Part shown: in pieces, positions 28,419 through 44,447 of the stretch
How the letters are laid out: every line of letters begins with the position of its first letter
How positions within the stretch are numbered: the stretch's first letter is position 1
NCBI GenBank assembly: GCA_964016885.1
Contig: OZ024742.1
Coordinates: forward strand, 65,534,001 to 65,598,000
Length of the DNA stretch: 64,000 nucleotides
Source of the DNA: Eledone cirrhosa
Taxonomy: Eukaryota
Direction of reading: 5' to 3'
Made by a program: the position numbers and the translations under genes
Notes under the pieces: model-generated
Databases searched by the model: none
What the model was told of the DNA's origin: nothing
Seen by the model: the letters and a program-made list of their open reading frames with translations, nothing else

Positions 28419-28450
<32 letters not shown>

Positions 28451-28515
28451 ACAGTATATATATATATATAGTATATATATATATATATATACACTATATA
28501 TATATATATATATAT

Positions 28516-28830
28516 ATTATTATCAGAAATGTTAGCTATCGCCGTATTTTGACTAAATAAATTAAAGAAATTATTTAGCCTGATAGAGGGGTTAAGAACC
28601 CTCGGAGAAATGGAAAAAGATGAGTATTGACGTACATGGAAGTCGAACCCACATCTTTGGTTATCCGGACCACTGTGCTACCATTTACACCAACACATCA
28701 CCCGTCTTCTTCCATTCAAATTAGAAGCTATAAACTTAGCGACTCTATGTACGTCAATACTCATCTTTTTCCATTTCTCCGAGGGTTCTTAACCCCACTA
28801 TCAGGCTAAATAATTTCTTTAATTTCTTTA
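28516..28830 (-). mobile_element. Family A fold-back element, longest copy, containing a tRNA-like cloverleaf
   Basis: Arms ~28552-28637 / 28747-28830 around a ~110-bp spacer. Confidence 0.8.
28628..28699 (-). ncRNA. tRNA-like cloverleaf (72 nt, non-canonical anticodon loop CCGGATA)
   Basis: gatgtgt tg gtgt aaatggta gcac a gtggt ccggata accaa agat gtggg ttcgact tccat gtacgtc a; A- and B-box-like motifs; TTTTT 9 nt downstream. Confidence 0.65.
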
Positions 28831-28865
28831 TAAATGTATATGTATATATGTTGAACGTATGTACA

Positions 28866-29002
28866 TGCGACCGTGGGTCAATGGTGAGGTCTCGCTTCCG
28901 ATCACATTAGTGGCATCTAACAACACATGTACGATACTAAAGCCTGACGTTGGCCCAAGCAGCGAGTGAAATTGGATAGAAGGAAACTGTGTGGAAGCTT
29001 GC
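28866..29002 (+). mobile_element. Diverged second tRNA-SINE family
   Basis: gtgggtcaatggtgagg..cgcttcc..cacat and gagtgaaattggatagaaggaaactg resemble an octopus SINE from memory; single copy here. Confidence 0.35.
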
Positions 29003-29233
29003 CAAATGGACTTTCACACATTGTGCAACGCAGCCATTGCATAAGAAATAAGTAAGGAATACAAGTATGTATAGGATATTCAATGGCTGACAGTATCTTT
29101 CAATGAATAGGTCGTGAGGTTGAAATACGCATCATCGATACTGACAAATGATCCATTGTTGTGGGTATGCATGTTCAGCAAAAATATAAACATATTTGAC
29201 ATATTGCTTTCTTATCTAAACATATATGTTTAT

Positions 29234-29368
<135 letters not shown>

Positions 29369-29721
29369 TGTGTTCGAGTTTGTCGAGCTTGAATTTTTTC
29401 TGCCTTTGTTTCTCTAAAATAGTTTTTAAAGAATCCCTTTTCTTTAAAACCATCAACCAACTACCTCCCCCCATCCCAATCACCACCCTCTCCTATCACT
29501 AGAAAATGTGTAAATACCACCATATTACTTGGACACTCGGCTTCCAGATGATTTCTCCCGAATGAAACAGTTCTAGTCCTGTAGAAGCTATTTCTATTTA
29601 AAAAAAAAAAAATATATATATATATATGTTTTTTGCGTTCCCCACCACCCTCACTCTCAAGAACGTGAAACTAATAAACTTTTGTTCGTACTGCCTCTCT
29701 GTTTTGTCCCCGTTTCATTTT

Positions 29722-29786
<65 letters not shown>

Positions 29787-30130
29787 AAATATTTCGTATC
29801 TCCAAAGAAATACAGTTTTAGGAAGCCGTAGCTATGCAAACACCGGTGGTGGGCTAACGTCCTCATTTACACAGACGAGAAACGTATATATTCTCAGCTG
29901 TCTTCTAGTCCAGCGGTCGCAAGCGGTGGAAGGGACCGTCCTGAGGATGGCCAGTTAAGCTTGAAATGCATAAACGGTTGTCCCCCTTGCTTCTGCTGGA
30001 CATCACCAGAGGGCGTTAGCCCCCCCCCCCCGTGTTTCCATAGCTACGGCTTCCTAAAGCTGTATTTCTTTGGAGATACGAAATATGTATACATAGTGTA
30101 TAAAGCTATGTTTGAAGCGAAATCCTATTT
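29787..30130 (+). mobile_element. Family B copy with short inverted 5' piece; hammerhead at 29937-29976
   Basis: Homologous to 3385-3650; cgtc-CTGAGGA-tggc..gctt-GAAA-tgca-ta^aacg. Confidence 0.8.
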
Positions 30131-30133
30131 CTT

Positions 30134-30164
<31 letters not shown>

Positions 30165-30165
30165 T

Positions 30166-30304
<139 letters not shown>

Positions 30305-30516
30305 GGCGCGTGTATGTATGTGCGTGTGTGTGTGTCTGTAATATATGTGTACGTGTGTGTGTGTGTGTATAGAAAATACACACACACTCGCACACATACA
30401 CAGTTACATTTATAAACAGACACAAATACACACACATGCAAATATAAATAAGCATTTGCATCTATCTATCCATCTTTTATGTAGGCACATACACTCCGAC
30501 ACACTCGCTCTCTCCC

Positions 30517-30628
<112 letters not shown>

Positions 30629-30638
30629 TTCTTATATG

Positions 30639-30700
<62 letters not shown>

Positions 30701-30988
30701 CAGATAACGAAACGAAATTAAATTTCGTTTCGCTTCAAACTCACTTTTGTATGACTGACGCTTAAACAATTAAGTTAGAAGTGTACATCTACATATGTAT
30801 ACGGAAATATTAGTATGCATATAAATACACACATGTATACATATGTACATGTACTGAGTTTTTCACTGGACACTTTACTGTGAGTGTCCAGCTAGTCTGT
30901 ATGTAACCAAACAGACAAACCGGGTTTTAGAGTCATACGGGTTTTCAAGGAAACACATTTCCTCTATTCTCCAGAGAGCCAGACAGGA

Positions 30989-31031
30989 ATATTGGACTAG
31001 TTTCGATGTTATTACATCTCATCAGCAATAT
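30989..31031 (-). ncRNA. Minimal hammerhead ribozyme, family E (mirror copy)
   Basis: Reverse complement of 31289-31331. Confidence 0.88.
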
Positions 31032-31288
31032 ATACCCATCTTCCGGCTTCTCTAGAGAATCGTAAAAGCACATATCGTTATATGCTTTTTCTATGAAAAT
31101 TAGTAGTGGGCAGACTAATTTGCATAGAACGTGAGTCATTGTACGTACCGGTTCAGCGGAAACGATAAAAACAAATAACGAAACGAAATTAAATTTCGTT
31201 TCGCTTCAAATGACTACTAATTTTCATAGAAAAAGCATATAACGATATGTGCTTTTACGATTCTCTAGAGAAGCCGGAAGATGGGTAT

Positions 31289-31331
31289 ATATTGCTGATG
31301 AGATGTAATAACATCGAAACTAGTCCAATAT
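31289..31331 (+). ncRNA. Minimal hammerhead ribozyme, family E
   Basis: atattg-CTGATGA-gatgt aata acatc-GAAA-ctag-tc^caatat: intact core, GUC cleavage triplet, palindromic stem III. Confidence 0.9.
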
Positions 31332-31552
31332 TCCTGTCTGGCTCTCTGGAGAATAGAGGAAATGTGTTTCCTTGAAAACCCGTATGACTCTAAAACCCGG
31401 TTTGTCTGTTTGGTTACATACAGACTAGCTGGACAATCACAGTAAAGTGTCCAGTGAAAAACTCAGTACATGTACATATGTATACATGTGTGTATTTATA
31501 TGCATACTAATATTTCCGTATACATATGTAGATGTACACTTCTAACTTAATT

Positions 31553-31641
<89 letters not shown>

Positions 31642-31784
31642 AATATAAATTAGCGAGAATCGTATTTCGGCTTTGGAAATTACCGAAAAACAACTATATT
31701 TCCCACTCTACTACCCTAAGTATTGAGTACTCTGGTACGTTCTGGTTCCTTACCACAATTCCTTTGTTATATATATGTTTTTCA

Positions 31785-32305
<521 letters not shown>

Positions 32306-32486
32306 TATACATGTATATATATATATATTCATATATGTATATATATAAAAGCTTCTACAGGATTAGAACTGTTTCATTCGTGAGAAATCATCATTTATAC
32401 TCTGCTATGTATTGAGTACCTTACTTACTGTGGTTACCCCGATTGAACCCGGAATAACTTATATATATATATATATATATATATAT

Positions 32487-32561
<75 letters not shown>

Positions 32562-32700
32562 TAAATCTACCACTCAATGGTAGGGTCTAATCCGTATGAA
32601 GAACTCAATGTAATCCGTATGTAGAAGATGTCGTGAAGCAAAGTTTAAAATGCAAAATTTTCAACGATATAATTCAATTGGATACAGAGTCAAAATAGAT

Positions 32701-32831
32701 TATTTCTTAAGACGGCGGGTAGTGAAGACGTATGTATTTTTTCTTACTATCATATTTTGTAATATGTTTTACATAGATCAATAATTGAATGAACATGCAG
32801 GGTACTACCCCCCAGAAACGATCGTAAAATA
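32701..32831 (+). ncRNA. Degenerate hammerhead-like motif with long stem II
   Basis: tattt-CTTAAGA-cggcgggtagt...actacccccca-GAAA-cgatcg-ta^aaata. Confidence 0.5.
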
Positions 32832-32885
32832 ATGAGTTTTACTATGAATTAACAGTTTTGTGTTTAATTTCATTGTTTTAATATT

Positions 32886-33128
<243 letters not shown>

Positions 33129-33681
33129 TATTCATGTATGTTTTTAGCTAGTAGAGATTATAGAGATTGAGTTAATTCCCTAATTCTATTGAATTAGTTT
33201 ATCTCCGTTAGTGAGGTTGAAGTAATCTGTTATTCGGTGCTAATAATCGTTGAATGATTGTGGTGAAGGTGATGATGGTGGTGCAAAAGGAGGAGGTGTA
33301 GGGATTGTAGTATTTACGGCGATCAAGTGAGAATTGTACCATATATTTAGATTGAAGATTACATATTAGCTTAGCATATTCGATTAATCTTCGACACTTC
33401 AGATTCAACATGTTCCTAGCAATAAATTCTTCAGTAAGCGGTTAGATACACATACACATGCACCCTTCACCCACGCATACACCCACACTTATAACGCGAA
33501 CGCACATAGGAAACACACACACACGTAAACACACATTCAAATGTCTACATACAGATACATATATATTTAGACATATGCAACACACAAACACAGATACATG
33601 CAACACAACGTACGTTCTCAAACACACGAGCGCGCGCACGTACACACACACGTTCACACACACACACATAGCTATATATAG

Positions 33682-33793
<112 letters not shown>

Positions 33794-33959
33794 AGAGAGA
33801 GAAACATTTTAGAGAGATCCAAATAAAAGTATCCATTAAAATTTCCTTGGGATAATGACAAATGAAACAGCTTACTATTGAATTACAAATTTACGCAATC
33901 GAACATATATATATACATATAAATAGTTACACATATACACACAGATACATACGTACATA

Positions 33960-34340
33960 CATGCATACATAGTGGCTGCCAACTCGTTTTCGAGTACGGT
34001 CACTACTTTATATCCATGTAGGAGAACTCCTGCCGATGCGCTGAACGAGTGTGACTTTTTAGTCCAGCCAGCGACTTGAAAACTCTGGTACAAACACTAC
34101 ACTTGTGACAATTACTGATACATAGTGCTGGGCCCATGGTACCATGTGACGACAAGTGCAGAGAGATCTCCAGATATAAAGCAATGCCTGTGCCGTGAAG
34201 CTTTTATAGTGAGAAAAGGCACTGCACAAAGCTAGTCCCACTCTCTTAACCAAGATGATATTTACCAAAAAGAAGAACAAGTCAACATCATTGGATACCA
34301 TCAGGGTTGCAGGTGTTATATCAGAGTTTTCCTTCTCCAC
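33960..34340 (-). mobile_element. Non-autonomous retroelement (probably RTE-related), 3' part
   Basis: Highly similar to 22513-22880 in reverse complement. Confidence 0.7.
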
Positions 34341-35195
34341 ATGCATACATACATACATACGTATATACATAAATGTAATCAATGTAGATACACACGTATG
34401 GATATAGAAACATGTGTATATGTGCACATATAATTAAAAACATACAAATCCACACGTACAGTAGCATCTTTCTCTCCGTGTATGCAGGGCAGACACACAC
34501 GGACGAAATTTCCTTGTTGATTTGGTTTAAATTCTAATGAAAGAGTGTTTTGTTTTTGTGTTAGAAACCGGCTCTTTTCCTACTGAGAAATAAAAAAGAC
34601 CCCTGAAAACATACATACATGCATACATACAAAGATACAAACATACATACATACAAACATACATACAAACATACATACAAACATACATACTTACATACAT
34701 GCAAACATACATACAAACATACATGCATACATATATACAAATATACATACATACAGACAGACATACATACACACATACAAACATACACATATTCATACAT
34801 ACACACATGCACGCATACATACATACATTCATTCATGCATACATTGATTCATACATACATGTATGCATACATACATGCATAGAAACATACATACAGACAT
34901 ACATGCGCATGTAAATATGCATTCTACATATAAAGAGTGATACTTATTTAACCACGAATATAACCGCAAATATGTTTGAACAATGTATATAAATATTTTT
35001 TAAATCTTTCTTTCGACCTCCCCACCCCCACACACACAAACACATTTAAGTTTAAATTAATATTCCAACTCTTTATTGCATTTATCTTGTAATATTTCAT
35101 CGATTAAGAGTAACCTTGTTATTCAAAGGAATTTTCAACTATATATATATATATATATATAAATATATATATATATACATACACATATATATATG

Positions 35196-35269
<74 letters not shown>

Positions 35270-35272
<3 letters not shown>

Positions 35273-35450
35273 GTTTCTACTATGGGCACAAGGCCAGCAA
35301 TTACGCAGTACATTACTGGTATTTTATTTTATCGACCCCGTAAGGATGAAAGGCAAAGTTAACCTCGGCAGGATTTGAACTCAGAATGGCAAGGGCCGTA
35401 ACTCTATGCGTCAAAGCAGGGTGTCCGACCCTCTACCGATACTGCCAATT
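35270..35450 (-). mobile_element. Octopus-type tRNA-SINE
   Basis: Same family as 8550-8737. Confidence 0.75.
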
Positions 35451-36291
35451 CAATAATAAAGTATTTACGTATCGAGAGAGAAAAAAAAAGGAAGGATAGG
35501 TGATACATGTAGTTATTTGCCAAATAGCGTATGCAGAAGGTGCTCAATATTAGTGCCGGCAGTATTAAATATTAGAAGTGTTAATATTTAGTGGGCGAGG
35601 GAGTTAGCAGAGCGTAAGCACATGGAAAAGTAAGAAATCGGAGAACAGACCGTTAAAACATGTTTATTTAAAACAGCACCTACGTACGTTTCGCCCAGTT
35701 GGGCTTGTCAAGGGCTTAAACCGCGATAATATTGATTTTGCTGAACTCCTTATATGTAGAGTTTTTTTTTTCGGAATGTTTTTGACTGTTATTTCATGTA
35801 AACAGACATTCGTCTCATTCTGACGTCACCAGCCCTGTCTCTACATGTACGTTTATCTTCATAATTACGCATTATGTTGAACTAGCCTGCTTTTAAATTC
35901 CCTTTTTGGCATATTATAAACAGTGGGCCTTTGGTTATCGTGTCTTTGAGCTCTGCTGATGATCGACTCCAACCGTGACCATCCCCACTGAAAGTTTCAT
36001 GAAATAGTCTTTTTTAAGACTATACAAAGCATTTGTAGTTTTTCCAAATTGAAGGATGAGTATTTTAAACTTTATTTTATTCTGAGTTAAGGCTCTATTG
36101 AATTTTCCCTGGATTTTACCAAATTCTGTGGATGAATCTATATTCTTTTTGAATTGAGTTTGGATTATTTTCCCACATCTTACGTTAACTATTTTTCCAT
36201 TTTAACGCTATAGTCACTTATATATTATGGAATACTGTTGGCTTCTTGCTACAATAATTTCTATACTTTTCATTTATATATATATATATAT

Positions 36292-38110
<1,819 letters not shown>

Positions 38111-38123
38111 TATATATATATAT

Positions 38124-38264
38124 CCTTGATTCAGGGTCTTGAAATCACTCACTGAGGAGGAGCCCCTCCCTGGTCTCCTTCCACCGACTTCTATCGCCAT
38201 GAGGGTCCCAGGTTGTTGGTGAGGTCATCTCGCCATCTTGTCCTTAGACGTCCTTTTGATCTTG

Positions 38265-38265
<1 letters not shown>
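38124..38265 (-). mobile_element. RTE LINE extreme 3' fragment
   Basis: Minus strand translates to TRSKGRLRTRWRDDL..., typical of the RTE C-terminus. Confidence 0.55.
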
Positions 38266-38297
<32 letters not shown>

Positions 38298-38300
<3 letters not shown>

Positions 38301-38491
38301 TTATTAAAATAACAGATTAAAGTTTAAGCAAAGAATCGCTGCTTTCACCCTTAACGGGATCTTCTGAAACTCCCGTTAAGGGTGAAAGCAGCGATTCTTT
38401 GCTTAAACTTTAATCTGTTATTTTAATAAATATTTGCTCTAGGGTTCTTTGGATTTTAGTCTTCGCATTATTCACCCATGTAGAGCGAAAC

Positions 38492-38497
<6 letters not shown>
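38298..38497 (+). mobile_element. Family G fold-back element
   Basis: Arms ~38298-38359 / 38371-38432. Confidence 0.75.
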
Positions 38498-38522
<25 letters not shown>

Positions 38523-38567
38523 CAGTAGTTAACATTTGAAAATGTGATAGTCGATCGCTATAAATAA

Positions 38568-40680
38568 CACTAGCCAATGACAAATTTATTTTCGCTGAGT
38601 TTTTTTTAGCTGATTTCGGACAATTTTGATGTGCTGAATCCAAAAATCCCATTGGCTTTGCTCAATCAGCTCAACTTTTTGATGTATCACCAGATGATGT
38701 TTTTTTACGCTTATGTTTACATGTACAGGTATTTTCTATTTATATGATGCAAAATTCTTTCTTATTTCTTTAAATAAACCAATTCTGAAGAGATTACATA
38801 CACCAATCTTTGACTAACTGGTATTTTTGTTTTGCAAAAATAAGCCCGATGTATTCTGCGACATCTGCGGCGAATACGCCGTTGTTCCTAACAGGAATCT
38901 AGTCACAAGTTTCATAAAGCGTGCTTACCATGCTTATTTTGGTATGAAACTTGGTGACCAAGATAAAGCTTGGGTGTCACACATGGTAGGCAAGACATGC
39001 ACCAAGTATCTGCGTCGTTGGACTTAGGGCAAGAGGAGTTGTCTGAAGTTTTGAATTCCCATAGTTTGGAGGGAGCCAACAAACCATGGCACTGACTGCT
39101 ACTTCTGCACTATATAAAGAACCCGAGCAGTCTCAAGTATCCTGATCTTTAATCAGCCCGTCGTCCCATAGCTCGTGATGAAATTCCAGTACCTGTCTTT
39201 AGAGAACCTCCTGGCATTAGTGACGAAGATTCCTCCAGGGTTGAAGAAAATGAAGAAAAATAAATGGTTCCTGACGATGATGCTCCACGTTCTTTTTCCT
39301 AAAAGGAGCTAAATGATCTACTTCACGATCTTATCTTGTTAAAGTTCTTTGCCAAACTTTTGGCATCCAGATTGAAGGAAAAACCCTCCTCTCTGACATA
39401 GCAGTGCTCATATCACATCAAGAGTACCTCCATTTTTTTTCTGAAGCGAAGGACTTGGTGTACTGTACAGATATTGCGCAGCTTCTGCACAAGCTTGGAG
39501 TGCCACAGTACCAACCCGAAGATTGGAGACTGTTAATTGACAGCAGCAAGCGATCCCTGAAATGTGTTCTGCTGCACAATGGCAACCAGTTTGCCTCTGT
39601 ACACCTCGCTCATTCGACTACACTGAAGAAGTATGAACCAGTGAAGTACATGCTGGAGAAAATTCGTTATGATCAGCATGAATAGTTGATTTGTGTTGAC
39701 CTGAAGATGGTGAACTTTTGTTGGGACAACTGTCCGGGTTCACCAAGTACCCGTGCTTTCTGTGCATATGGGATAGTAGGGACTAAGCTCAATATTACAC
39801 GAAGAAGGACTTGCCTGTACGGGAGGAATTTGGTGTCTTACAGAGCAAGGAACGTCATAACATCCCTTTAGTGGACAGAGACAGGATACTCTTCCCACCG
39901 CTGCACATCAAGCTCGGCTTGATCAAACAGCTCACCAAAGCTCTGAACAAGGATAGTGGCTGCTTCACTTACTTGTGCCACGCTTTCCTAGGATTGACCA
40001 TGGAGAAGTTGAAAGCTGGCATCTTTGACGGCCTCCAACTCCGTCAGCTCATCAAAGATCCAGAGTTTGAAAACTCAATGAACAAAGTGGAACTGGAAGC
40101 ATGGAAGGCTTTTGTTCTGGCCGTGAAGAACTTTCTTGGCAACAAGGCCAGGAACTACGCAGAACTTGTCACCAATATGCTGACTGCTTTCAGAAACCTC
40201 GGATGCAACATGAGCATCAAAATGCATTTCTTATTCTCACAGGTGGATCGGTTTCCTTATAATTTGGAATCAATGAGCGACGAGCAAGGGGAGAAATCCC
40301 ATCAGAGACACTGGGATGTACTCATGATGGCTGATTACTGTTGGACTCTGAAGAGAGACATTCCTGCCGCTGAGCATTCTGGGAGTTTGAAGAAACGGAA
40401 GTTCAAGCCCTGAATTTTAAACAATGATGACCTAATATCCAATTTACATGTACTTACCTTTATCAATCTTTACTATTCAATGTACAATAATCAATTTTTG
40501 TAATGTTTAATTAAGGAATTGTCTTAGAAAACGATTTTTTTCTCTTAAAAACCTATTTCAGATGTGAAATATTAACGAAAATAAACCGAAAATGTCACAA
40601 AAGTGTAATCGATTTAGTCAGAAGATCACTTTAAAAAAAAATCGACTTAGCACAAAAACGGATGTTATTTTTGGATTCAG
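38568..40680 (+). mobile_element. CMC/Chapaev3-like DNA transposon, decayed, right end truncated
   Basis: Starts CAC; subterminal ctgaatccaaaaat is mirrored by atttttggattcag at 40667-40680. Confidence 0.7.
38827..40413 (+). pseudogene. Chapaev3-like transposase pseudogene
   Basis: FCDICGEY..AYFGMKLGDQDK, WRLLIDSSKRSLKCVLLHNGN, CVDLKMV, PPLHIKLGL, MSIKMHFL, SDEQGE, MMADYCW; several stops and frameshifts. Family assignment is from memory of these motifs. Confidence 0.8.
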
Positions 40681-41954
40681 GTGGGCGGTAGACAAAGTTC
40701 AGAGTAGCCAAAATCCGAATGGTGGTTAGATCTATTCAGTCCCATGCCACTGTTTATTATTACATGAGCATTATTTATTCAGGTTTGAAGGTTCACCACT
40801 GGATAGAGCTGGTCAATTCCGTATGGTCAATCCTAATGTAATAATATGGAGAGTACTCAACGTAAAGCAGTTCAACCGTCTTCGTTTTTGTAGTTGGTGG
40901 TGCTAGTACGGAGTTAAATATTATAATAAAAGTAAATTTCCCTTTCTTTCGGTAAATGAAACTACTCGGAGCGACTTGATTCGCCCCAAGGGCCCGGCGC
41001 GCAGCCGGTTTTTTGACCGCCATATAATACCTTTAAATTGGAGACCTAATCATAACTATTAGATGTATCACGCCTCCCTCTACTTAAACAAATCCCTCTC
41101 CTGGGTAGATTAATAGTACTGATTGGGTACAAGGATGGCCTAACGATGAGGGCTGACTTCCCACTGGCGCACCTGAAGCCTGTTATACATTCCTAGATTG
41201 CTTGGAAAAATTGATTTCCATATCTTTCGCTAGGCGATATCACTCGGAAGGGCTGACACGCGGTAAGGTTGGGCCGACGGAGCCTGCAGTCGCCGCATGC
41301 TGTTTGACTGCTAAACAAAGACATAATCTTTACTCTATAATACAATTTAAGTTTCTTTCTTTACTTAAACCTCGCAACCAAAACCTTAAAAATTTTAAAC
41401 TGTTTAATTTTCAATTTTCTAATTTCTTTAATTTTATAATGTTAATATTAAATATTAAATTTTTGTAACTTCATCCTATAGATCTAAACAAAAATTTAAC
41501 GTTCAATCTTCTGCTACACATTATAACATGCAGAACCCCACTATATTTACCTCTGTTAAGATACGGGTCCTTTAGAATTAATTATTTCGCGCCATTCCTG
41601 GCCTGACTAGCTTGACATTAATACGGACTTTCCTTCCTCTTTCTTTCTGTCTTTCTTCTTGTAGCTCGACATTAACGCTGACTTTTCTTCTTCCTTTTCT
41701 TCCCCCTTCTTTCTGTCTTTTTCGTGTAGCATGATATTAACGCTGACTTATCTTCCTCTCCCTTTCTATTTGACCGGGAGGGTAGTAGCACACTAAAAGT
41801 TTTACCCCCCTCACCAGATGGCCTCAAGTAGACCAAATAGCCAGCACTTGAGGGCGACGGCTAAAGTGGAAGATGCTAGATGGTCGGTCGTCCTCCTGTC
41901 TTTGATTTTCAGCCCCATGGATTTTACCTATTACATTCATTTATTGTATTTCGA

Positions 41955-42012
41955 ATACCTGATGATATCACCGGATTCATACGGAACCCGGTCATTGAAA
42001 TGATCATAGTAT
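41955..42012 (+). ncRNA. Hammerhead ribozyme, family L
   Basis: atac-CTGATGA-tatcaccgg..ccggtcatt-GAAA-tgatca-ta^gtat; a partly deleted homologue lies at ~9900-10010. Confidence 0.7.
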
Positions 42013-42063
42013 AATAGACCTTTCAAGGATTTACACAAGTCCAGCCTCCTGACATTTTATTAT

Positions 42064-42178
<115 letters not shown>

Positions 42179-42779
42179 TTAGCGAGTCTGTATCTGTGCC
42201 TGTATATATGGACACATGTGTGTATGTGCGTCTGCATGGGGGAAAAAGGGAAAAAAAAGGGGGGGGGGTGTCTATGTATATGTCTGTACGTGTTTGTGTA
42301 TACGAGTATATATACGCGTATGCATGAGTGTGCGCCTGTGTGTGTGTGTGTGTGTTGATGTATATGGGCAGGTAGGCAGGCGTCTGTCTATGCGTATGTT
42401 TATAGGTTTATATGTTCTCCTTAAGTGTGTGTGTGTAGCCGGAGTCCATGCGTACGGATATTGTTATCTATGTGATTGTGGGTGTGTGTGCGTGTGTGTA
42501 TATGTGTGTGTGAGTGCACGCGTGGACGTGTGAACTACCAAACCCAGCAGTAATTCATCGAAGTGTGGCAGAAACGGGACAGCTGATGATGGACAGACGA
42601 ATGATACCTGTTGGTCAAAATTACGATGACGTAGAAAAACACCAGCCAATAACAGCGAAGAGGCAGCACAATGATCGTGTCTCGAGCTGTCCACCGGCGA
42701 AACAATTGTAACACACAATAAATTGAATTCAGATGCATCACTGATTTTTCGTTTTATATTATATATATATATATATATA

Positions 42780-43133
42780 TTGTTATACTTTGGGAGGGTC
42801 ATGTTGCCAATAAGAAACACACGCACCAGTTGTTTCACCCCAATTTATTATAAATTAAATTTATAAATTTAAGAATTTATAAATTTCCGGTTGGTTGGTT
42901 GGTTCCACAACCGGACGGTTGTTCATATATTGTCAAAGTTCTTTCGTCACACATTCTGTGACCTCTTCTGTGACTGGGGATTCTTTCTATGTTTCGTGCC
43001 TCTCGTTTGTTCTGTCCTACGCCATCATCTGAAGATGGTATAGGACAGAACAAAGGAGTGGCACAAAACAAAGAAATGAATATCGGTTTCAACACGTTTT
43101 CAGATAAAGAATCTTGGTAAACAAATTCAGAAA

Positions 43134-43136
<3 letters not shown>
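42780..43136 (-). mobile_element. Family J split/inverted copy; hammerhead at 42932-42974 (CAGAAGA core)
   Basis: Body on the minus strand, then flips to plus at ~43030 and jumps to the tail. Confidence 0.75.
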
Positions 43137-43201
<65 letters not shown>

Positions 43202-43362
43202 TTAGATATGTCTCATTTGAAATAATACAGCCAATTTTCCACGCAATACTTTTAGTTAGCACCCCGAACACATAATTGGGAATTTAATCACTTATTTCCT
43301 AATGTTTGTTGAGTGAGTTGGAATTTGGCCGGAGTATCGCTACAAGGCTTTCTCCGATATTG

Positions 43363-43621
<259 letters not shown>

Positions 43622-43664
43622 CATGCATATATATATACATATATATATATACATATATGTATAT

Positions 43665-44240
43665 ATGATGGCTGCCCTCTCGTTATCGAGTATGGCCATT
43701 GCACGATATACCATTATTATAATTATTAATTAATTCTATCATGCAATGCCTGTGCGTGAAGATATTTTTTAAAGTGAGGAAAGACTGTGCACTGAGCCAA
43801 TCCCACTCTCTGGGCGACAGTAGCTATAACCCGAAAAGAAGAAAAGATCAACATCATCGGTAACTACTAGCCGCAGGTCTTATATCGGAGTTATCCCAGT
43901 TTCCTGAGTTGCCTTCTCCTAGAAGAATGCCCTGACAAAGGCTAGGGGTCCTTCACTCCCAGTGGTTTAACCACGTGATCGGTTGTCCAGCACGACTATT
44001 TCTATGTCCCCGCGCATATATATACATATGTACATGTGTATATACATATTTTTGGATGGCCGTTGACTCTTATGAGTTCTTCTGCCCTTTGTCAGGTTTT
44101 GTTTTTTGTCCTGCAGGGTGCCCAAAATCACCCTCCTCACCAAGTAAACCAGGTTGCCGGTTTAGTCACCGATGACCCGACCATGCGACAGGTTGTACAG
44201 GGTTTACATGTTACCAGTAGCACTCAAGAGTGACTCGACA
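43665..44240 (-). mobile_element. Non-autonomous retroelement pieces (probably RTE-related)
   Basis: Match 4443-4795 and 22268-22465. Confidence 0.6.
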
Positions 44241-44447
44241 TAATATGTATATATATATATAAAAATACATACATACACACATACATATACACAGAGACAC
44301 ACACACGCACACATATATATATATATATATACATTGTGTATATTCAACAATATTTAGATCTGTTTGATGGTGTAATGTCGATGATGGTAATGATAATGAT
44401 AATTATCGCACTGTTGGTGATGATGATGATGATAGTAATTATAGTTG

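Larger units (their letters stand above)
25075..28420 (-). mobile_element. Naiad-like PLE with 3' pLTR (~25230-25447) and inverted pLTR copy at the 5' end (~28193-28420)
   Basis: RT and GIY-YIG ORFs; pLTR copies are inverted and each holds a hammerhead; (TA)n on both flanks. Confidence 0.88.
30705..31556. mobile_element. Family E fold-back element (~345-bp near-perfect arms ~30762-31108 / 31213-31556)
   Basis: Direct reverse-complement match; (TA)n on both flanks. Confidence 0.88.

Noticed and set aside
28628-28699. Calling it a functional tRNA-Ser(GGA)
   Set aside because: C at position 33, no long variable arm, several G-U pairs and a mismatch, and it is embedded in a repeat; reported only as tRNA-like
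35676-35715. Further degenerate hammerhead-like motifs (also ~10530-10586 minus and ~61463-61502 plus)
   Set aside because: Two or more core substitutions or no stem I; probably decayed copies, so not listed as features
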